Source: Hyphomicrobiales bacterium (lineage in GTDB: Bacteria > Pseudomonadota > Alphaproteobacteria > Rhizobiales > Devosiaceae). Taken from it: a stretch of 64,000 bases of DNA. The notes below the pieces were generated by a model. That model was not told the DNA's origin and searched no databases. It worked only from the letters and a program-made list of their open reading frames with translations. The stretch is taken from contig JAIYDI010000032.1 of NCBI GenBank assembly GCA_027487555.1, positions 7,249-71,248 on the forward strand, given 5' to 3'. Shown here in pieces: positions 18,124 to 26,234 of this stretch; the stretch's first letter is position 1; the number at the start of each line of letters is the position of its first letter. The position numbers and the translations under genes are program-made.

Positions 18124-18726
18124 ATGCCAAAGCTCTGGAATGAAACAATAGACGCCCATCGACGAGCTGTACGGGACGCAACGCTCGATACGGTGGCCCA
18201 GTTGGTCGCTGAGCACGGCGTGGCTTCCGTCACCATGTCACAGATCGCGCAAAAGACCGGAATCGGTCGCGCCACGCTCTACAAGTACTACCCCGACGTA
18301 GAGGCGATTTTAACTGGCTGGCATGAACGTCAAGTCGGGCGCCACCTGGAGCTTTTCACCGGTCTCGCCCAACAACACGGCTCGCCACTATCCCGGCTGG
18401 AGCGCATGCTCGAGGCCTACGCGCAGATCGTACACGAGCACCACGGCAGCCGGGTAGCCGCCATGTTACACAGTCTCGGCCACGTCGCGCACGCAAGGAA
18501 CCATCTCAGCTCGTTTCTGGCTTCGATCATTGGAGAAGGGGTGGCCGCAGGAGAGATCGTGGAGCACGTGGCCCCATCCGAGCTTGCCATCTTCTGCCTC
18601 AATGCCTTGGCGGGAGCTGCCGATTTGCCCTCAAAAGCTGCGGTGAGCCGACTGGTTCAGCTGACGTTATCCGCAGTCCGGTGCCTTCGACATCCGGAGA
18701 TCGAAAGGTCCGCGGACGGGTCTTGA
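18124..18726 (+). CDS. TetR/AcrR-family transcriptional regulator
   Basis: ORF 17788..18726 trimmed to ATG 18124. HTH VASVTMSQIAQKTGIGRATLYKYYPDVEAIL. Confidence 0.85.
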   Translation: MPKLWNETIDAHRRAVRDATLDTVAQLVAEHGVASVTMSQIAQKTGIGRATLYKYYPDVEAILTGWHERQVGRHLELFTGLAQQHGSPLSRLERMLEAYAQIVHEHHGSRVAAMLHSLGHVAHARNHLSSFLASIIGEGVAAGEIVEHVAPSELAIFCLNALAGAADLPSKAAVSRLVQLTLSAVRCLRHPEIERSADGS

Positions 18727-18745
18727 CCTTACCACCGTTGGAACG
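18723..18745 (+). promoter_or_regulatory. Degenerate CueR/MerR-type promoter upstream of copZ
   Basis: TTGACCTTACCACCGTTGGAACG has a 19-nt spacer to TACGTT (18748-18753). Its layout matches the other four boxes, with two dyad mismatches. The TGA of the TetR gene lies inside TTGACC. Confidence 0.45.
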
Positions 18746-18784
18746 CCTACGTTGCGGCCATCACATCGGAAAGGATGAACCGAA

Positions 18785-18985
18785 ATGTACGACTTCAAAG
18801 TTAGTGACATGACCTGCGGCCATTGCGTTGCCACCGTCGAAAAGGCGGTCAAGAGCGCTGATGGTTCGGCCAGGGTGAGAGTTGACCTTGGCACGCATGC
18901 TGTCAAAATCGAAAGCCAGAAGCCGGCGGCGATCTTCACCAAGGCGATGCAGGAAGCGGGTTACACCGGGGAACTTCTCGGCTAA
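18785..18985 (+). CDS. copZ: Heavy-metal-associated (HMA) copper chaperone, CopZ-like
   Basis: 66 aa, MYDFKVSDMTCGHCVATVEKAVK (MxCxxC ferredoxin-like fold). Confidence 0.85.
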   Translation: MYDFKVSDMTCGHCVATVEKAVKSADGSARVRVDLGTHAVKIESQKPAAIFTKAMQEAGYTGELLG

Positions 18986-18994
18986 TCCGGCACA

Positions 18995-19017
18995 GGCCCG
19001 GCGAGCTCCGCCGGGCC
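18995..19017 (+). terminator. GC hairpin after copZ
   Basis: GGCCCGGCG-AGCTC-CGCCGGGCC, 9 nt after the stop. No T-tract. Confidence 0.4.
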
Positions 19018-19208
19018 ACCTCCAACGGCAAACCTGTTGCTATTTTATTCGGAACAGAGATCGGCTTGTGCTACTCGTACTCAACTTTTTCTGCGAAAGG
19101 CTATTGCATAGGTTCAATGCCTTGAATCAGCCATTGTCCTGCGGCGTCCTCGGATCAAAGAGTGAGTCGGAATAAACGTCTCACTGGACTGCCTTGAAGC
19201 GGTGAAAC

Positions 19209-19556
19209 TTGGTGCGCTTGCTTAATTGGATTGCAGTTCTTATGCTGCTGGCACTGGGCGCCGGAAGCGACCATTCGCCCCTTCAGGTGCGGTCAAGCCT
19301 CGCCGCGCACCATGAGTCAATTTCGCCGATCGCGGTGTCCGGCACGAACATTTCGCTCACATCTATTGCTCAGGACGAACACGCACCGACAGAGCCCACC
19401 GCCCACTGCGGAACGCCACTTTTGGGGCTCAGTCCATTCTTAATAACAGCGGCGCCCCGCCTGTCGCCCTCATACCTCCAACAATCGCATGCGACATTGT
19501 ATGGGGACGCGCGTCATCCAGAACCACGACCGCCCAAAGTGCCGCTGAGGACCTAA
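19209..19556 (+). CDS. Small secreted protein, HC...RPP-tail family member 1
   Basis: 115 aa (TTG start). Signal-like LLNWIAVLMLLALGAG, central TAHCGTPLLG, C-terminal HPEPRPPKVPLRT. Confidence 0.4.
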   Translation: MVRLLNWIAVLMLLALGAGSDHSPLQVRSSLAAHHESISPIAVSGTNISLTSIAQDEHAPTEPTAHCGTPLLGLSPFLITAAPRLSPSYLQQSHATLYGDARHPEPRPPKVPLRT

Positions 19557-19614
19557 GTCCATCGCGCCGTCGCACGTTCTGGTGCGCCTCTCCACCTAGT
19601 TGCGGAATTTTAAA

Positions 19615-20247
19615 ATGAACGGCCTAAACACGCGCGCCTGGCTTGCTGCCGGCGCGGTCGCGGCGATGACCGCTGTAGTTTTCGCGCATGGCGGTGCCAC
19701 AGGCATTGTCGGCGAACGAATGATGGGCATGATGATGCTCAGCGAGCAGATCAAGCTACTCACCCCGATGGTTTCGGCCGGCGGAGAGATCAACCCGGCA
19801 ATGTTGAAGGAAGCTGCCGGGATGATACGGATGCACGCCGGCTCTGCAATGACAGACCTCTTCCCTGAGGGGAGCACCGAGGCCCCATCTGAGGCGCGCC
19901 CCGAGATCTGGACACAATGGAGCGAGTTCACAAACTACGCGGAAACACTTGCCGGGCTTGCGATTGAACTTGAGCAGTCCGCGATGCCCCCGATGCGGCT
20001 CGCAAAAGCTTCGCTGGTTGAAGGTGAGCCGGCTCGGGAGCTCAGTGAGTGGGAGAGCCTGGATTTTTTCACCCTCATGGGGCTCCCCCACGCCGATGCG
20101 GACCCGGGTGACGAGATCGGACTTGATCCTGCCACCGTTGGTAGTATAGCGGGCGATCCAAAAACCGCCGCGCATCGCTCCACCCATCAGGTGTTCGCTG
20201 ATATTACTGCAACCTGCTCATCCTGCCACGCCGCGTTCCGGCGGTAG
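19615..20247 (+). CDS. Class II (c-prime/c556-like) c-type cytochrome
   Basis: ORF from 19600; ATG 19615 preferred. Signal peptide, Met-rich helix GERMMGMMMLSEQ, and a single heme site CSSCH four residues from the C-terminus (CSSCHAAFRR), as in class II cytochromes c. Confidence 0.7.
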   Translation: MNGLNTRAWLAAGAVAAMTAVVFAHGGATGIVGERMMGMMMLSEQIKLLTPMVSAGGEINPAMLKEAAGMIRMHAGSAMTDLFPEGSTEAPSEARPEIWTQWSEFTNYAETLAGLAIELEQSAMPPMRLAKASLVEGEPARELSEWESLDFFTLMGLPHADADPGDEIGLDPATVGSIAGDPKTAAHRSTHQVFADITATCSSCHAAFRR

Positions 20248-20250
20248 GTC

Positions 20251-21132
20251 ATGCGAGTTTACCTGCTTATAGGCTTATGTATCATCGCGCTGGCTGCGGC
20301 TGGATTCGCGGTGCTTACACTTTGGCCCATGCCATCGGCCGGGGCGATAACCGTCGTTGCCGGCGATCCAAAACGCGGCGCGTACCTTGCTCGCCTGTCT
20401 GGGTGTGTGGCCTGTCACACTGAACGCAACAGTCCGGCTTTCAGCGGCGGCCCCGCACTGAGCTCACGCTTTGGGGATTTTTTCGCGCCCAACATCACAC
20501 CTCACCCCCAGTACGGTATCGGCAATTGGACATTTCCTCAGTTTGTCAGAGCGGTACGTCAAGGAGTGTCGCCGGCAGAAAAGCCCTACTATCCTTCTTT
20601 TCCCTACGAGTTCTACACCACTCTCACCGATCGCGACTTGGCAGACTTATGGGCAGCCCTTCGAGCGCTGCCAGCAGTTGAGACCCCGTCGCGTCAGCAC
20701 TCAGTCGGCTTCCCTTTCAATGTGCGTGATGGGCTAAAGCTCTGGCGAAGCATGTTCGAGAAGCCCGCCGCGTATGCACCTCGTCCTGACAAGAGCCAGG
20801 CTTGGAATCGGGGACGATATATTGTCGAGGGCGCGGCCCATTGCGGCGCCTGCCACACTCCGCGGAATTTGGTCGGCGGCCTTTCGACAGACGCCGGCCT
20901 CGAAGGTGACCCCGCTATGATGGATGGGGGTAAGTCTCCACCCATTACCACGGCAGCGCTGCTGCATCGGGGATATACTAAGGAGTCGCTCATCGCCGCA
21001 TTGCGTACCGGAGTTTTACCTGACGGCGACGCCGTAGGGGGATCTATGTTCGAGGTCGTGCACGGCTCCACCGCGTTCTTAATGACTGAACACCTCAACG
21101 ATATTGCCACCTACCTGCTTGGCCTCGAGTGA
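20251..21132 (+). CDS. Membrane-anchored diheme cytochrome c
   Basis: 293 aa with two CxxCH sites (CVACH, CGACH). Resembles the cytochrome subunits of quinoprotein/flavoprotein dehydrogenases. Confidence 0.85.
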   Translation: MRVYLLIGLCIIALAAAGFAVLTLWPMPSAGAITVVAGDPKRGAYLARLSGCVACHTERNSPAFSGGPALSSRFGDFFAPNITPHPQYGIGNWTFPQFVRAVRQGVSPAEKPYYPSFPYEFYTTLTDRDLADLWAALRALPAVETPSRQHSVGFPFNVRDGLKLWRSMFEKPAAYAPRPDKSQAWNRGRYIVEGAAHCGACHTPRNLVGGLSTDAGLEGDPAMMDGGKSPPITTAALLHRGYTKESLIAALRTGVLPDGDAVGGSMFEVVHGSTAFLMTEHLNDIATYLLGLE

Positions 21133-21431
21133 ACCGCTTGCGCAAATGGTTTGCAAAATTCCTGCTATGGGTCGTGCTGCTGCTCACCGTCGCGGCACAC
21201 CATCAAGCGGTGGGGGCGCCGCAGCCTGCTTCTTGCGAAACAGCCACGCACCACTGCGTTCCGGAAACTCTAGGCGTGACGTGCTGTGCAGCCGGACTTT
21301 GTCTAGTTGTACCGCCACCGCAGCAACCAGTTGCCTCCCAGGCGGTTAGACGGGTGTCGCTTCGTCACACCAACGACGGACGCACGTACGATCCTCCTCG
21401 CGATATCGACCGTCCTCCGAAGTGGCCATGA
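21129..21431 (+). CDS. Small secreted protein, HC...RPP-tail family member 2
   Basis: 100 aa; the GTG start overlaps the cytochrome stop. Signal FLLWVVLLLTVAAHHQAVGA, central THHCVPETLGVTCCAAGLC, C-terminal DPPRDIDRPPKWP. Confidence 0.45.
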   Translation: MNRLRKWFAKFLLWVVLLLTVAAHHQAVGAPQPASCETATHHCVPETLGVTCCAAGLCLVVPPPQQPVASQAVRRVSLRHTNDGRTYDPPRDIDRPPKWP

Positions 21432-21498
21432 CGTTCGAATTGCCCGTCTTCGCGCCAAGATACCAGGCGCACTTCCCTGACAATAAGGAACCCATAAA

Positions 21499-21948
21499 AT
21501 GAAGTTCAATCTCATCGCCCTTATCACCGTGACTACGCTTGGACTTACCTCGGGCGCCATTGCGCAAGACTCTATGGCCGGCCATGACATGTCCACCATG
21601 GGACAGGAACCGGCTGCTTCCACCCTTCCCGACATCTGCCGCAGCGGCGGAGAGATGAGTGCCATGAGCATGGGCGGAGCCATGGCAATGGACGAGGCGC
21701 ACACGGCGTTGATGGCCGGAATGGACAAGATGAATAACGAAATGATGACCGGCGGCATGGCCAAGGACATCGACGTCGCGTTCGTCTGCAGCATGATTCC
21801 GCATCATCAAGGCGCCATCGACATGGCGAAAGCAGAGCTGCAGTACGGTGACGACGAATGGGCCAAGGAGATGGCCCAGAAAGTCATTTCCGCCCAGGAG
21901 CAAGAGATTGCCGATATGCTTGCCTGGCTGGCCAAGCAGCCCAAATAG
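21499..21948 (+). CDS. DUF305 family Met-rich periplasmic protein (CopM-like)
   Basis: 149 aa. Signal peptide, Met-rich MSAMSMGGAMAMDEAH...MNNEMMTGGM, and the DUF305 core AFVCSMIPHHQGAIDMAK...ISAQEQEIADMLAWL. Confidence 0.85.
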   Translation: MKFNLIALITVTTLGLTSGAIAQDSMAGHDMSTMGQEPAASTLPDICRSGGEMSAMSMGGAMAMDEAHTALMAGMDKMNNEMMTGGMAKDIDVAFVCSMIPHHQGAIDMAKAELQYGDDEWAKEMAQKVISAQEQEIADMLAWLAKQPK

Positions 21949-21957
21949 GCGTTACCA

Positions 21958-21983
21958 GGGGGCGCTTCGGCGCCCCTTTCCTT
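21958..21983 (+). terminator. Rho-independent terminator after DUF305
   Basis: GGGGGCGC-TTCG-GCGCCCC followed by TTTCCTT. Confidence 0.6.
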
Positions 21984-22099
21984 AGGGGTAGACGAGCGGC
22001 GGGTGCTGGCGTCAAGACGCAGCATTTAGATGCTACCCTACTAAGGCTGCGCCAACCGCGAATTGGTATAGCCAATTTGGGCTTCGCGTCGATGATGTG

Positions 22100-22560
22100 A
22101 AGCTGGACGTGCGACTGAATCCTCCCAAGTTCCTCAGGCTTTAATAGGTCGATCTGCAGACCAACCGCGGCGGCAGCGATAGGGTGAGACGATAGATCCC
22201 CTTCCGTCGAGTGACCGAGCGCGAAGAACAGCCCACCCAACGGCCTATTCTGTGCTTCGCAGTAGCTTGCGCAGCAGAGTGTCAATGGCCACATATTTTG
22301 GGCATTGAGCGCGTGAAGCAGCCCGTAGCGCCGTTTCGAGCAATACTAGTAGTTGGCTGAAAGCCGGCCGGGCCCATCTCACTACGCCAAGATTTGCGGC
22401 GACTAGCTCGAAACAAGTGCACCATCTTGACCCGACCAGTTCCACCGATGAAGTTGAACAACTTTGCAGGTGCATTTTCATGTACCGGCAGCGTTCGGCC
22501 AAATTGCCATGCGCCGTGTGCCCTTGCGCCCGGGATTTGGGTGCGAAGGAACATTGCTTC
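22100..22560 (-). pseudogene. Possible LysR-type regulator C-terminal remnant (multiple frames)
   Basis: Minus-strand fragments lie in three frames: AWQFGRTLPVHENAPAKLFNF, ELVAANLGVVRWARPAFSQLLV and PLGGLFFALGHS...AVGLQIDLL. They loosely follow the W.F...v.v...l.fn...aaG.Gv...P order of LysR effector domains. Weak. Confidence 0.3.
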
Positions 22561-22617
22561 TGACAGTGCGCCGACGCAACGGAATGGGAAGAGCGGGCGT
22601 GGCGCCCAACCCCTCCC

Positions 22618-24048
22618 CTAGACGTACACGACCTCCGACATCATGCCGGCCATCATGTGATAAAGGTTGTGACAGTGGTAGAGCCACCGCCCTGGATTGT
22701 CGGCATCGAAAGCGACGACCACGGTGCCCATCGCGGGGACGAGAACCGTATCGCGCATCGCACCCGCGATCCGAGTGCCACCAATCTCGGTCACTTGGAA
22801 GTGGTGGCCATGTAGATGCATAGGATGGGCCATCATGGTGTGGTTCATGAGCTCGATCTCCACGCGTTGACCCGCCGAAATCTCCAACTTGCGCCGTTTG
22901 GCCCAGGGCCGATCGTCTATAGTCCAACTATAGGGCGCCATTGCCCCGGTGAGCATCACAGTATGTCGAACGTCCGCCGACCGGGCGCTGAGCGGGGACA
23001 GGGCTATCAGCTGCCGCTCAATCGAAAGGTCAACCGGCACCTCAACGCCCACTGCCGCAGGGCCATAGCGTTCAACCTGCACGCCTGGCGCCGCAAGAAT
23101 GATGCCGGTTCTTGCGACGTCACCTTCGCGCCGCGCGAAGACCGGTATTGCGGCTCCTGCCGGCACATTGAGTACGAGATCCAGTCGCTGCGCCTGAGCG
23201 ATCGGAAAACGCGACCCAATCACCGGCTGAACAGCGTTGCCGTCGACCGCGACCAAGCTTGCCGCGGCTGGTCCGAGATCAATCCAGAACGCAGTCGATG
23301 CGGCGCCATTCACAATACGGATCCGCACCCGCCCATCGCGTTCCGTTCGCACGACTTCTGGATCGACGAGCGTTCGATCATTGGCGAGAAACGCATCATA
23401 GGTGACATCATTGAGGTCCATGCCGTCCATCGACATCATGGCGTGATCCATACTGGAAATGTCCTCCATGCCGCCATGGTCCATCGTTGCGCCACCGGTG
23501 AGCTCGCTGAATATGTCGATAGGCTCGCGAAAACTGAAGTCGTTGAGGAAGAGCGTGACTTCCTGTGTGTCAGCATTCGCATCATCTGCGGTCTGGACGA
23601 TAAGGGGGGCGGTGAGGAGCGCCTGCTCTTGCAGTTCATGGTGCGAGTGCATCCAATGGGTGCCCGTACGGGCGACAAAATCGAAAGTGCGCGTCTCACC
23701 AGCCGCAAGCGGCTCCACATAGCCCGTCTCGGCGATACCATCGAGCTCCGGCGCAGGCGTCTGGCCATGCCAATGAATGCTGGTCGGGGCGGCGATCGTG
23801 TTCTCAAGCGCCACATTAAATCGCTCTCCAGGGCCCAAGAGAAGCCCTGGACGGCCGGCCACATCGGTAATGCCGAAGACCTTCGCCGATTTCCCCAGCA
23901 CATCGATAGTGCGGTTCCCGACGGTGAGCCGCCGCTGGCCCGTCGCAGCGACAGCCTGACCGGGGACTATGCAGCCAGCGAGTCCGAAGGCCCCAGCGGT
24001 GCTCAGGAAGGATCGTCGGGTGAGATTAAGTGACACGGTCGTCTCCAT
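22618..24048 (-). CDS. Multicopper oxidase (CopA/PcoA-like), Tat-exported
   Basis: ORF to 24141 trimmed to ATG 24048 (METTVSLNLTRRSFLSTAGAFGLAG, a Tat motif). Copper sites IHWHG, WMHSH, HPMHLHGH and HCHNLYHMMAGMM. The longer start would run through the operator. Confidence 0.9.
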   Translation of the reverse strand: METTVSLNLTRRSFLSTAGAFGLAGCIVPGQAVAATGQRRLTVGNRTIDVLGKSAKVFGITDVAGRPGLLLGPGERFNVALENTIAAPTSIHWHGQTPAPELDGIAETGYVEPLAAGETRTFDFVARTGTHWMHSHHELQEQALLTAPLIVQTADDANADTQEVTLFLNDFSFREPIDIFSELTGGATMDHGGMEDISSMDHAMMSMDGMDLNDVTYDAFLANDRTLVDPEVVRTERDGRVRIRIVNGAASTAFWIDLGPAAASLVAVDGNAVQPVIGSRFPIAQAQRLDLVLNVPAGAAIPVFARREGDVARTGIILAAPGVQVERYGPAAVGVEVPVDLSIERQLIALSPLSARSADVRHTVMLTGAMAPYSWTIDDRPWAKRRKLEISAGQRVEIELMNHTMMAHPMHLHGHHFQVTEIGGTRIAGAMRDTVLVPAMGTVVVAFDADNPGRWLYHCHNLYHMMAGMMSEVVYV

Positions 24049-24097
24049 TAGGTAGCGCCGTGATGCCACGGTCGGGTTCGTTGTACTGCGTGTGCTG

Positions 24098-24120
24098 CCT
24101 CCCACGATGGGAAGGTCAAG
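24098..24120 (-). promoter_or_regulatory. CueR-type promoter-operator of the multicopper oxidase
   Basis: The minus strand reads TTGACCTTCCCATCGTGGGAGG. It shares the 17-mer CTTGACCTTCCCATCGT with the copA box and lies 50 nt upstream of ATG 24048. Confidence 0.65.
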
Positions 24121-24147
24121 CAGTTTTTCTGTGGCAGACACGTTGGG

Positions 24148-24615
24148 TCACTGGAATGACCGGGCATAGTCCGCCACCACATCCATCGTCCCACGCTCAC
24201 TTTTTACCCCGAAACGCCACCGGCCGGTCATCGTCAACTGACCTTGCGCGCGGTAAGCGCCTGTGGCTGTCCGCTCGAGCGGCACCGGTGTTGGCGACAT
24301 TGGGTGCCCGTCCATGGTCAGTGCGACCTGCAGCAACTTGGGGTCAATTGCCGAGCCCCCGGTGTCGGTGAAATGGAGGGTCAGCAGATACGTGCCGTCC
24401 GGTCGGGTGACCACATCGCTGACTGTCAGCAAGTCTCCCAACTGAACCGTCGACCCTGGCGGAACGTCACGTCGCACGATGAATGGGACCGCCATAAAGA
24501 GGCCGGCGAGGGCGACAACGATGAGCGCCCCCGCCAGCCCGAGCAGCGTAATTCCGACATGTCGCGCGTTGCGGCGCGACATGTCGGTCGTTGTGCTTTT
24601 CAGTTCCGATGGCAT
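24148..24615 (-). CDS. Membrane-anchored YtkA/FixH-like Ig-fold protein
   Basis: 155 aa with one N-terminal TM. LTLHFTDTGGSAIDPKLLQVALTMDGHPMSP...TGAYRAQGQLTMTGRWRF follows the G.Y.a...f.m.G.W pattern of YtkA-like domains. Confidence 0.5.
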   Translation of the reverse strand: MPSELKSTTTDMSRRNARHVGITLLGLAGALIVVALAGLFMAVPFIVRRDVPPGSTVQLGDLLTVSDVVTRPDGTYLLTLHFTDTGGSAIDPKLLQVALTMDGHPMSPTPVPLERTATGAYRAQGQLTMTGRWRFGVKSERGTMDVVADYARSFQ

Positions 24616-24619
24616 CGCA

Positions 24620-25300
24620 TCAGCTCACAATAATCGGCGCTGGAATGCTGATGCGGGAATAGAGGTCGACGACGTCTTGTTGCAGCATCCGCACACAGCC
24701 ACTTGAGACTGCCTGCCCTATGGAAGCGACATCGCTGTTTCCGTGCACCCGGTATAACGTGTCGACACCGTCATGAAAGATATACAGTGCGCGCGCACCA
24801 AGCGGATTCTCGAGGCCTGGAGGCATGCCTGCCCGATACCGTTCGAGCTCTGGCTGCCGATCGATCATCTCCGCCGGCGGTGTCCAGGTCGGCCAAGCCT
24901 TTTTGTACCTGATTTCGCCACGACCCGACCACGAAAAACCGGCACGACCAACGCCGATCGCGTAACGGACTGCCGTCTTATTTTCGAGAGTCAGGTAAAG
25001 GACGCGATCGTGCGTATCCACGACAACCGTTCCAGTGGGCTCGCCGGTCGGATCATCGACCACGCGGCGGAAATACGACGGCTTGAGCTTTCCGACGTCT
25101 ACAGCGGGAACGGGGAACGGCTCGTCTGGCAACGGGCCATAATCGACTTTTGCCTGCCTAATCAGCTTGGCATCCATCGTTGCGCCGAAGGCGGTCGCGG
25201 GCATTGTCGATGCCGCTGCGGCAGCAAGTACACCGCGCAACATGACGCGGCGCGTGAAAATTGCCCCCCTTTGTGGGCCCCTATTGATCAGTTCTGACAT
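24620..25300 (-). CDS. L,D-transpeptidase (YkuD/ErfK family)
   Basis: ORF to 25330; ATG 25300 preferred (Tat-like RRVMLRGVLAAAAAS). Catalytic region YRVHGNSDVASIGQAVSSGCVRM (H...SxGCxR). Confidence 0.85.
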   Translation of the reverse strand: MSELINRGPQRGAIFTRRVMLRGVLAAAAASTMPATAFGATMDAKLIRQAKVDYGPLPDEPFPVPAVDVGKLKPSYFRRVVDDPTGEPTGTVVVDTHDRVLYLTLENKTAVRYAIGVGRAGFSWSGRGEIRYKKAWPTWTPPAEMIDRQPELERYRAGMPPGLENPLGARALYIFHDGVDTLYRVHGNSDVASIGQAVSSGCVRMLQQDVVDLYSRISIPAPIIVS

Positions 25301-25373
25301 GAAAATCGTCCCAATTGCGTAAAGCATCACCCCCGACTAACGGCGGCGACACACAAATTCTGTGCAAAAGGAA

Positions 25374-25715
25374 CTAGCTTCGAGGAGGCTGTGGCTCGGG
25401 AGGGACCGGCAGACCGTGGCCAAGCGAGACCGGCGCAATGTCAAATGAACGTAGGGCAAATGGTGGGAACACCAGATCAGCCGCAGTGGCAACAAGCTCT
25501 GTCAGGCAGTGGCCAGAAACGCTTTGGGCACCGGCCCGAATATCCTCATCGGAGGCGCCGGCGACCATCACCGCCGGCAACCGGGCCTCGCTTGCCGATA
25601 GCGTGCTCATCACCGACAGGGATCCGTGGCAAATACTATCATCCGCGCCTGCCGACACGCCTGACGTGAGGAGCAGAAACAACATTGCGATGTGCAAGAT
25701 TCGGATCACCAGCAT
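25374..25715 (-). CDS. Small secreted protein, HC...RPP-tail family member 3
   Basis: ORF to 25784 trimmed to ATG 25715 (MLVIRILHIAMLFLLLTSGVSAGA). Motifs SICHG and SGHCLTELVA; C-terminal VPPEPQPPRS. Confidence 0.4.
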   Translation of the reverse strand: MLVIRILHIAMLFLLLTSGVSAGADDSICHGSLSVMSTLSASEARLPAVMVAGASDEDIRAGAQSVSGHCLTELVATAADLVFPPFALRSFDIAPVSLGHGLPVPPEPQPPRS

Positions 25716-25835
25716 CAGCCTCCAAAACTCTCTTAGCACGCACCACAAGCCTGGCAATCCTGCGGCGCCCGTCTTCCACCGCACCTACGGTGCCGCGGCG
25801 AAACGCCGCCACTAGCGTCTCGCCCTGAGGCATCA

Positions 25836-26234
25836 CTATTCAGCCGGAGCCTGCGGGGTCGTCGCGGCAAACGGCCCGTACCTTCGGGCGCTGCCAACCC
25901 TAAAGCAAATCAGCACAATAGTCGGCCATAGCATCGTGTTGGCAATGTCCTTGAGACTATCGCCCAGCTCGAAGGAGAAGGCACCTGCGTGCCAGTGAAA
26001 CAGGTCCATGAACTCGTTGATGAGTTCTAACCCGAGCAGTCCGAACCAGGGCAGCAAGCTTGCCGGCGACCGCTTAAGCAACAGAAGCAGTCCGAGGAAA
26101 ATCGCCAGCCCAATGTGAATATGCAGTGCGTCCTTGGTTAGGCCCAAGAACCCAGTAAGGTCGGTCTTCAGCGCATTGTACATGCCAAACTCGTCATTCT
26201 GCAAACCTTCCGGGGCCGTTGATATCTTGCTCAA
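25836..26234 (-). CDS. Integral membrane protein, unknown function
   Basis: 132 aa with three or four hydrophobic spans. Its start overlaps the upstream L,D-transpeptidase stop by 4 nt. Confidence 0.5.
   Translation of the reverse strand: MSKISTAPEGLQNDEFGMYNALKTDLTGFLGLTKDALHIHIGLAIFLGLLLLLKRSPASLLPWFGLLGLELINEFMDLFHWHAGAFSFELGDSLKDIANTMLWPTIVLICFRVGSARRYGPFAATTPQAPAE

Noticed and set aside
22816-24033. 405-aa plus-strand ORF
   Set aside because: It is a shadow of the multicopper oxidase on the minus strand.
24049-24141. Longer GTG start for the multicopper oxidase
   Set aside because: The extension would translate through the CueR-type operator and -35 region. The Tat signal begins right after ATG 24048.
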